This document shows, piece after piece, positions 57,892-64,000 of a stretch of DNA of 64,000 nucleotides. Position numbers and translations under genes: made by a program. Position 1 is the stretch's first letter, and the number at the start of each line of letters is the position of its first letter. The DNA comes from Desulfobacterales bacterium (GTDB taxonomy: Bacteria; Desulfobacterota; Desulfobacteria; Desulfobacterales; ETH-SRB1), in the NCBI GenBank assembly GCA_030610995.1, contig JAUWQO010000001.1:11947-75946 (forward strand), given 5' to 3'. The notes below the pieces were generated by a model that was not told the origin of the DNA, did not search any database, and worked only from the letters and a program-made list of their open reading frames with translations.

Positions 57892-60800
57892 ATGAAATTT
57901 ATTGCCGATTTTCATGTCCATTCTAAATTTTCAAGAGCCACGGCCAAAAATCTTGACCTTGAAAACCTCTATATTGCGGCTCAATTAAAAGGCATTACTG
58001 TTGTTGGAACAGGCGATTTTACACATCCCGGCTGGTTTGCGGAAATAAAGGAAAAATTAAAGCCGGCAGAGGAAGGGCTTTTTAAATTAAAAAGGGAAAT
58101 CGCCGGGGAATGCGACGAAAAGGTCCCGTTATCCTGCCGCGGCAAGGTTCGTTTTGTCCTGGTTTCTGAGATCAGCAATATCTATAAAAAAAATAATAAA
58201 ACCCGTAAAAATCATAATCTTGTATTTGTGCCCGACCTGGATGTTGCCTGTAAATTTAGTTCAAAACTGGATAAGATCGGAAATATTAAATCTGATGGAA
58301 GGCCTATACTTGGGCTTGATGCAAGAAATCTTCTTGAAATACTTCTTGAGACATCCGACAGATCTTTTTTGATTCCCGCCCATATATGGACGCCATGGTT
58401 CTCGGTTCTTGGTTCAAAGTCCGGGTTTAACTCTATCAGTGAATGTTTTGAGGATCTTACCCCCCATATATTTGCCGCTGAAACAGGCCTTTCATCCGAT
58501 CCGCCGATGAACTGGCGTGTATCAAGCCTTGACAACCTTACCCTTGTATCAAATTCAGATGCCCACTCTCCGTTAAAACTCGGTCGGGAGGCAAATCTTT
58601 TCAACACCAACCTTTCATATTCCGCAATAAGAGATGCAATAAAGACGGGTGATCGCAAGCATTTCTTAGGCACCTTTGAATTTTATCCTGAAGAAGGAAA
58701 ATATCATCTGGACGGACACCGCAAATGCTCTGTTTGTCTTTGGCCAAAAAAAACTATAAAAAATAAAGGAATATGTCCGGTTTGCGGGAAACCTTTGACC
58801 ATAGGAGTATTATATCGCGTTGAAGAATTGGCGGATCGGCCAAAGCATGAAAAGCCGCAGAAAACCCACCCTTATTACAGCATAGTTCCTCTGGTCAATA
58901 TTTTATCAGAAATATTAAAGGTCGGTCCAGGGTCAAAAAAGGTCATGAATAATTACAATACAGCGCTTGATATTCTTGGCCCGGAATTGAGTATACTTCA
59001 CAATCTATCTCCGGAGGCCATTGATAAGGCCGGCATTCCGCTGCTTGGTGAGGCTGTAAAAAGGATGCGCAGGGAAGAAATCGATATTTCCCCTGGATAT
59101 GATGGCGAGTTTGGCCGCGTGAAGATATTTAAAGACCAGGAGCGTGAACGTTTGATGGGCCAGAAATCACTATTTATCATGCCGGAGACAGATTCGACGA
59201 CAAAGGCGCATAAAAGATACATAACAAAACAACAAAATAGAAAAACAGAGCTTAAGCAGCCTTCACAAGATTTTGGAAGCCTGCGGTCGTCAAGAGGCAA
59301 GGGTTTAAATACGCAGCAACGACAGGCAGTTTGCCACGATGGGGGGCCTTTATTGATTGTCGCAGGACCCGGGACCGGCAAAACCCATACCATTACCTGC
59401 AGGATAGCCTGCCTGATAAAAGAAAAAAATGTTTTACCGGAAAGTATTCTTGCAGTAACATTTACAAATAAGGCTGCCAGGGAAATGAAAGACCGGATTA
59501 AACGCATCACAGGAAGTAACGTGATCCCAAATGTAAGCACCTTTCACTCATTATGCTTAAAAATTTTAAAGGACAGGGGAAATAATCAGACTCATACCAT
59601 TGTCGATGACGATGATCGAATGGCTCTGATTTCAGAGGCGATAAAACAGGCTGACGCCGGAGGCTGTAAGGTATCTTTGTCAAAAAAGTATCTGTTAGAC
59701 AAAATTATATCAGCCAAACAGCAGATACTGCAGCCCCATGATAATTTAGAAGGGGTGGCCGGAAAGGCTGAAATAAATACATTCGCAAGGGTATATCAAG
59801 CATATCAGGACATTTTATCTGCCCAGTCCCTTTACGATTTTGAAGATCTTATATTAAAAGTAGTCCTGCGTTTTGAAGCAGACAAACAATTTACCAATAT
59901 CTACCGGCAACGTTTCAAGTATATATTTGTGGATGAATACCAGGACATAAACCATGGCCAATACCGGATTATAAAAGCCCTGGCTCCGCCTGACAAGGAT
60001 CTTTGCGTTATCGGTGATCCAAATCAATCGATTTACGGTTTCCGAGGTTCCGATGTTCGCTTTTTTGAGCGCTTTCTTGAGGATTATCCACAGGGCAGTA
60101 TTATTCATCTAAATCAAAATTATCGCTCTACTCAGACTATTCTTGAAGCTTCTTATCAGATCATAACAAACCGTAGCATAGATACAAAAACAGATAATCT
60201 TTCAAACTCGCGTGTTTATTCCCAGATAGACGGCGTAAAAACGATCAGTATTCTTGAACTCGCCTCTGAAAAAGCAGAAGCAGTGGCTATAGGCAAAACA
60301 ATTGAAGCCCTGACAGGAGGACTATCCTTTCATGCCATAGATTCAGGCAAGATTGAGGATATAAATACCAAAGAAGACAGAAGCTTTTCAGATTTTGCTG
60401 TTTTGTATCGTACCAACAGCCAGAGTAAAATAATTGAGCAGGTTTTTGAAAAAGCGGGAATTCCCTGCCAAATCGCAAGCAGAGAAAGTCTGTTCAGACA
60501 GAAAGGGGTCACAGAGCTTATTTCTATGCTTAAGATCATAGATGGGCAGGGCTCCTTTGCCGACCTTAAAAGGACAGTTAAGTTATTATCAACCGGCATC
60601 AGCGACGAGACGATAAAAATATTTACGAGATGGTGCTGCCGGAATCATTTTACTTTAACAAAAGGATTTTATAATGCCCGGCGTTTCCCAATACCCGGTA
60701 TGAGCAAAGCCCGCCAGTCGAAATTCCATAATTTTTTAGTCGAGTTGTCTGGATTGCAAAAGGCTGTTAATGAGAAAAGTGTGGAAGAAAAACTTCATTT

Positions 60801-61302
60801 TATTGTAAATAACACTAAACTTGCTTCGACGTTAAAACAGCATCCCAAAAGAAATGAGGCTGTGGACAGGCTGACAGGGATGTCTAAGGAGTTTGGCGAT
60901 AATGCGGCGAACTTTTTTGAGATGACGGCTCTGCAGACAGATACGGATATATACGATTCACGGGCTGAAAAGGTCGCCTTAATGACCATGCATGCTGCCA
61001 AGGGCCTGGAATTTCCGGTGGTTTTTATTGCCGGATGCGAAAAAGAGTTTATTCCCTTTATAAGGCCCGGAGAAGAGCTTGTTGATATTGATGAAGAAAG
61101 AAGACTTTTTTACGTGGCCATGACCCGTGCAAGGGAAAGATTGTATTTAACTATGGCAAAAAAGCGGACGATATATGGGAAGCGCACTTTAAGAACAATT
61201 TCACCTTTTGTGGAAGATATTGAGCAAAGGTTGATGAAACGTAAAAAGAGCTATTTGAAAAGGAAGGAAAAAGAAAGCCGGCTTCAACTTACATTGTTTT
61301 AA
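57892..61302 (+). CDS. fusion protein: EndoQ-like PHP endonuclease (N-terminal ~415 aa) plus UvrD/PcrA-type SF1 DNA helicase (C-terminal ~670 aa)
   Basis: EndoQ-order motifs 'DFHVHSKFSRA', 'GTGDFTHPGW', 'PAHIWTPW', 'SNSDAHSP', 'GKYHLDGH', zinc finger 'CSVC..CPVCGKPL', 'PGYDGEFG'. Helicase motifs 'GPGTGKTHT', 'FVDEYQDIN', 'GDPNQSIYGFRG', 'NYRST', 'MHAAKGLEFPVVF', 'YVAMTRARERL'. Confidence 0.85.
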   Translation: MKFIADFHVHSKFSRATAKNLDLENLYIAAQLKGITVVGTGDFTHPGWFAEIKEKLKPAEEGLFKLKREIAGECDEKVPLSCRGKVRFVLVSEISNIYKKNNKTRKNHNLVFVPDLDVACKFSSKLDKIGNIKSDGRPILGLDARNLLEILLETSDRSFLIPAHIWTPWFSVLGSKSGFNSISECFEDLTPHIFAAETGLSSDPPMNWRVSSLDNLTLVSNSDAHSPLKLGREANLFNTNLSYSAIRDAIKTGDRKHFLGTFEFYPEEGKYHLDGHRKCSVCLWPKKTIKNKGICPVCGKPLTIGVLYRVEELADRPKHEKPQKTHPYYSIVPLVNILSEILKVGPGSKKVMNNYNTALDILGPELSILHNLSPEAIDKAGIPLLGEAVKRMRREEIDISPGYDGEFGRVKIFKDQERERLMGQKSLFIMPETDSTTKAHKRYITKQQNRKTELKQPSQDFGSLRSSRGKGLNTQQRQAVCHDGGPLLIVAGPGTGKTHTITCRIACLIKEKNVLPESILAVTFTNKAAREMKDRIKRITGSNVIPNVSTFHSLCLKILKDRGNNQTHTIVDDDDRMALISEAIKQADAGGCKVSLSKKYLLDKIISAKQQILQPHDNLEGVAGKAEINTFARVYQAYQDILSAQSLYDFEDLILKVVLRFEADKQFTNIYRQRFKYIFVDEYQDINHGQYRIIKALAPPDKDLCVIGDPNQSIYGFRGSDVRFFERFLEDYPQGSIIHLNQNYRSTQTILEASYQIITNRSIDTKTDNLSNSRVYSQIDGVKTISILELASEKAEAVAIGKTIEALTGGLSFHAIDSGKIEDINTKEDRSFSDFAVLYRTNSQSKIIEQVFEKAGIPCQIASRESLFRQKGVTELISMLKIIDGQGSFADLKRTVKLLSTGISDETIKIFTRWCCRNHFTLTKGFYNARRFPIPGMSKARQSKFHNFLVELSGLQKAVNEKSVEEKLHFIVNNTKLASTLKQHPKRNEAVDRLTGMSKEFGDNAANFFEMTALQTDTDIYDSRAEKVALMTMHAAKGLEFPVVFIAGCEKEFIPFIRPGEELVDIDEERRLFYVAMTRARERLYLTMAKKRTIYGKRTLRTISPFVEDIEQRLMKRKKSYLKRKEKESRLQLTLF
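57917..57978 (+). repeat. 62-nt repeat (right copy, inside the EndoQ-UvrD coding sequence)
   Basis: See 55880-55941. Confidence 0.9.
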
Positions 61303-61330
61303 TCAAAAGAATTCCTTGATGCTCTGTATC

Positions 61331-61561
61331 GGAGTCGGGGCTTTCGGGGGGTTTTCGTACATTAGTTTATAAGTTACTGTTAAGCTTTTAACGAGTAATT
61401 GTGGCGTATAACCAATTGCTCTCCGCGTTTAACCGCTAAACTGACTGCGGGTTGCGAAATCTTCAGCTTTTACCCTAATTCGCTTTGACTTATTCCCAAC
61501 TCACTCGTTGCCCAGAAACAGAGCAAACTGCGAGCCGCAACCTGAAGCCTCCCGAAGCCCC
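61331..61561. repeat. about 230-bp segment bounded by an inverted repeat
   Basis: 'ggagtcggggctttcgggggg' faces 'cctcccgaagcccc'. Contains 'tacattagtttataagtt', which is also at 11871-11888. Confidence 0.6.
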
Positions 61562-61663
61562 AGCAAAAAATCTAAAAGGAATTATTCAATTCTTGACATG
61601 CGGAAACATAAATATGACTATATTGCAGAACTTTTGACCTGTGCGGTTAGATAATTTTCAAGG

Positions 61664-61769
61664 CCCCTCTAATAAGAGGGGATTTAGGGGTGTGTTCATA
61701 TGATATGCTGCTACATCCTTTTACACACCCCGTCCGCTTCGCGTCCACCCCTCTTGTTAGAGGGGATTT
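61664..61769. repeat. repeat with two 'cccctct..agaggggattt' hairpins and an 'aggggtgtgt/acacacccc' stem
   Basis: Direct copies at 61664-61685 and 61748-61769. The inverted pair lies between them. Confidence 0.8.
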
Positions 61770-61808
61770 GATTGGTAAAAAAACATAATATAAAAAGGAG
61801 ATGAACAG

Positions 61809-62699
61809 ATGCCTGATGTAGATGAAATAAAAGAGGCTAAAAAGTTTTATTCAGATATTCCCCAAAAGACGGAAGGGTTTTTTCTTAAAGGATCAAATGC
61901 TCTGGACTGGGGTATTAAAAACCGGCTTGCCCGGATCTTTAACCCTGAATCGGGACGAACTGTTATGCTGGCCATAGACCACGGCTATTTCCAGGGCCCG
62001 ACCACAGGGCTGGAACGGATTGACATAAATATTCTTCCGCTGGTTCCTTATGCAGACACACTTATGTTAACACGGGGTATATTAAGGAGCATTGTTCCTC
62101 CAACCATATCAAAGTCCATTGTTCTGAGAGTTTCCGGCGGGACAAGCATACTAAAGGAACTTTCAAACGAAGATATTGCCGTGGATATCGAGGAATCTAT
62201 ACGTCTCAATGTTTGCGCCATGGCTGTCCAGGTATTCATCGGCGGCGAACATGAAAGGGAATCGATTAAAAACATGACCAGCATGGTGGATATGGGAATG
62301 CGTTATGGAATCCCGACTCTGGCTGTGACCGCAGTCGGCAAGAACATGAACCACGATGCGCGCTACTTCAGGCTTGCTGTCAGGATCTGCGCCGAATTAG
62401 GAGCACACTACATAAAAACATACTATATTGAAAAAGGTTTTGAAACCGTCACGTCCTCCTGCCCTGTTCCTATTGTCATGGCCGGAGGGAAGAAAATACC
62501 TGAACTTGACGCCTTAACAATGGCTTATAACGCAGTTCAGCAGGGCGCCAGCGGAGTTGATATGGGACGCAATATCTTCCAGTCTGAGTCCCCAATCGCG
62601 ATGATCCAGGCTGTAAGGGCTGTTGTCCATGATAATGAAACGCCGGAAAAGGCCTTTGATCTTTATAATACTATAAAAAACCAATCGGCCGGTTCATAA
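61809..62699 (+). CDS. lsrF: LsrF/DhnA-family class I aldolase (3-hydroxy-5-phosphonooxypentane-2,4-dione thiolase-like)
   Basis: 296 aa. Long stretches match my recollection of E. coli LsrF: 'LDWG...[33 protein letters not shown]', 'IKTYY.EKGFE', 'CPVPIV.AGGKK', '[15 protein letters not shown]'. Confidence 0.8.
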   Translation: MPDVDEIKEAKKFYSDIPQKTEGFFLKGSNALDWGIKNRLARIFNPESGRTVMLAIDHGYFQGPTTGLERIDINILPLVPYADTLMLTRGILRSIVPPTISKSIVLRVSGGTSILKELSNEDIAVDIEESIRLNVCAMAVQVFIGGEHERESIKNMTSMVDMGMRYGIPTLAVTAVGKNMNHDARYFRLAVRICAELGAHYIKTYYIEKGFETVTSSCPVPIVMAGGKKIPELDALTMAYNAVQQGASGVDMGRNIFQSESPIAMIQAVRAVVHDNETPEKAFDLYNTIKNQSAGS

Positions 62700-62700
62700 A

Positions 62701-62908
62701 GATGAACGTCCAACATCGAACATTGAACGTCGAACGTCGAATAATGATGTCGCTCCGCTCTTTAAAATTATTTTAAAATCGAATAAAAAACCAATGCCGA
62801 ACCTTGAATGACTATTTCTGTTTCTTTTCAGCTTCTCCATCTTTTCCCATTCAATGTTTCCGCCAGAGCCCTTTGGCGGATTGGACGTTCGATGTTCATT
62901 TTTTTTCA
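62701..62908. repeat. family D element (reverse orientation)
   Basis: Its reverse complement aligns with 39676-39943, sharing termini and the 'tcgattttaaaataattt.aagagc..agcgacatcattattcgacgtt' module. Confidence 0.9.
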
Positions 62909-62917
62909 GTTTAGCGC

Positions 62918-64000
62918 TTATGAGGTCAGGGTTGGTTTTTTTGTCGATAGGCCTTCAAAAACATTACTGACATCTCTTACAATAAGATAAAGGGCGGGAA
63001 CATATAGAAGTGTTAAAACCGTGGCGACAAGTAGTCCAAAGCTTATGCTTACCGCCATTGGTATAAGAAATTGGGCCTGGAAACTCCGCTCCAACAGAAG
63101 CGGGGAAAGCCCTGCAATGGTTGTTATTGATGTAAGCAGTACGGGCCGGAATCTGACTTTTCCGGATTCCACAACAGCCGTTTCAATTTCCATATTGTTT
63201 CGAGCCGCCCTGTTAATAAAATCTATTAGTATAAGTGAATCGTTTACAACTATGCCGGACAGGGCCACTATGCCAAAAATGCTTATCATCGTAATCGCCA
63301 ATCCCATCACCAGATGGCCTGCAATAGCCCCTATCAGGCCGAAAGGTATGGCCATCATGATAATAACCGGCTGAATGTAAGATCGAAACTGGCTGGCAAG
63401 CAAAAGAAATATTACCATAATGGCCAGGATAAATCCTTTTTTCAGGCTATCAAGCGATTCCCTGGTCCTTTTCTCCTGCCCTTCCAAATCGTATTCTATT
63501 TCAGGATAGCGCTCAATCAGCTTTGGAAGAAAATTTTTGTTAAGATCAGCCACAATCTTGCTTGCATTTGCAATTGATTCATCAAGATTCGAAATAACCG
63601 TTATCACACGTTTTCTATCAACCCTGTGAATTACGGAATAGGCTCTTCCATGGGTTATATCCGCAACCTCTTCGATGGGAATCTCCTGGCCGTCAATTGT
63701 CCGAATGCGCATATCCTCAAAACCTGAAATGCGCCGCCGGTCTGATTCCGCATATCTAACCAGCACCTTTAAGTCATCTCTGCCTCTCTGAATCCTGAGG
63801 GCCTCATCTCCATAAAATGCCTGGCGAAGCTGTCTTGCAATATCGGTCATTGTTATTCCAAGAGAACGGGCTCCTTCCTTTATATTAACCTGTTTCTCCT
63901 CCTTGCCAGGCTTGAAATTGTATGTTATATCAAATGTCCCTGGATAAGTTCGCATTTCAATCTTAAGTTCGTCTGCGGCACGCCTGAGCTGATTCAAATC
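62918..64000 (-). CDS. RND efflux transporter permease, C-terminal part (5' end outside window)
   Basis: The ORF is open to the window edge. Periplasmic-domain and TM8-12-like sequence '...AMVIFLLLASQFRS..QP.IIM..IPFGLIGA'. Confidence 0.85.
   Translation of the reverse strand, partial: DLNQLRRAADELKIEMRTYPGTFDITYNFKPGKEEKQVNIKEGARSLGITMTDIARQLRQAFYGDEALRIQRGRDDLKVLVRYAESDRRRISGFEDMRIRTIDGQEIPIEEVADITHGRAYSVIHRVDRKRVITVISNLDESIANASKIVADLNKNFLPKLIERYPEIEYDLEGQEKRTRESLDSLKKGFILAIMVIFLLLASQFRSYIQPVIIMMAIPFGLIGAIAGHLVMGLAITMISIFGIVALSGIVVNDSLILIDFINRAARNNMEIETAVVESGKVRFRPVLLTSITTIAGLSPLLLERSFQAQFLIPMAVSISFGLLVATVLTLLYVPALYLIVRDVSNVFEGLSTKKPTLTS

Noticed and set aside
55942-57916. The 2-kb insert as an intact integrative element or prophage remnant.
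   Set aside because: It contains no integrase, recombinase or transposase gene, and the repeat is not the tRNA 3' end. Only a degraded-insert interpretation is offered in the findings.

Overview
The window reads as core chromosome of a deltaproteobacterium, probably Desulfobacterales-like; this is inferred from gene content and repeat style and was not checked against any database. Gene order: end of the spc/alpha ribosomal operons (secY-map-infA-rpmJ-rpsM-rpsK-rpsD-rpoA-rplQ); a decayed sensory patch (sbcD and receiver remnants, a frameshifted PAS hybrid histidine kinase, a transposase fragment); typA, an acyl-CoA ligase and a glycosyltransferase; a decayed beta-carbonic anhydrase; recJ, miaB, pilD, lon, tsaB, clpB, nfeD/SPFH, xerC-hslVU; argB-argD-argF-argG-argH; a lipoprotein and a RAYT transposase; lysA-dapF-dapL-folK, fsa, pgsA, tRNA-Gly and tRNA-Cys. 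After the tRNAs comes a roughly 2-kb accessory insert (nucleotidyltransferase-fold protein, orphan VapB antitoxin), bracketed by a 62-bp direct repeat. It sits directly upstream of a 1136-aa ORF that fuses a complete EndoQ-like PHP nuclease to a UvrD/PcrA helicase. An LsrF-like aldolase and a partial RND permease follow. Two observations stand out. The first is the EndoQ-UvrD fusion and its insert. The second is that almost every intergenic spacer holds modular, nested inverted-repeat elements whose arms are tandem 7-9 nt words. Several of these families recur within the window. Two copies have target-site-duplication-like flanks, one has a filled-versus-empty site pair, and many abut or supply gene stop codons. 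No rRNA, CRISPR array or intact IS element was seen.
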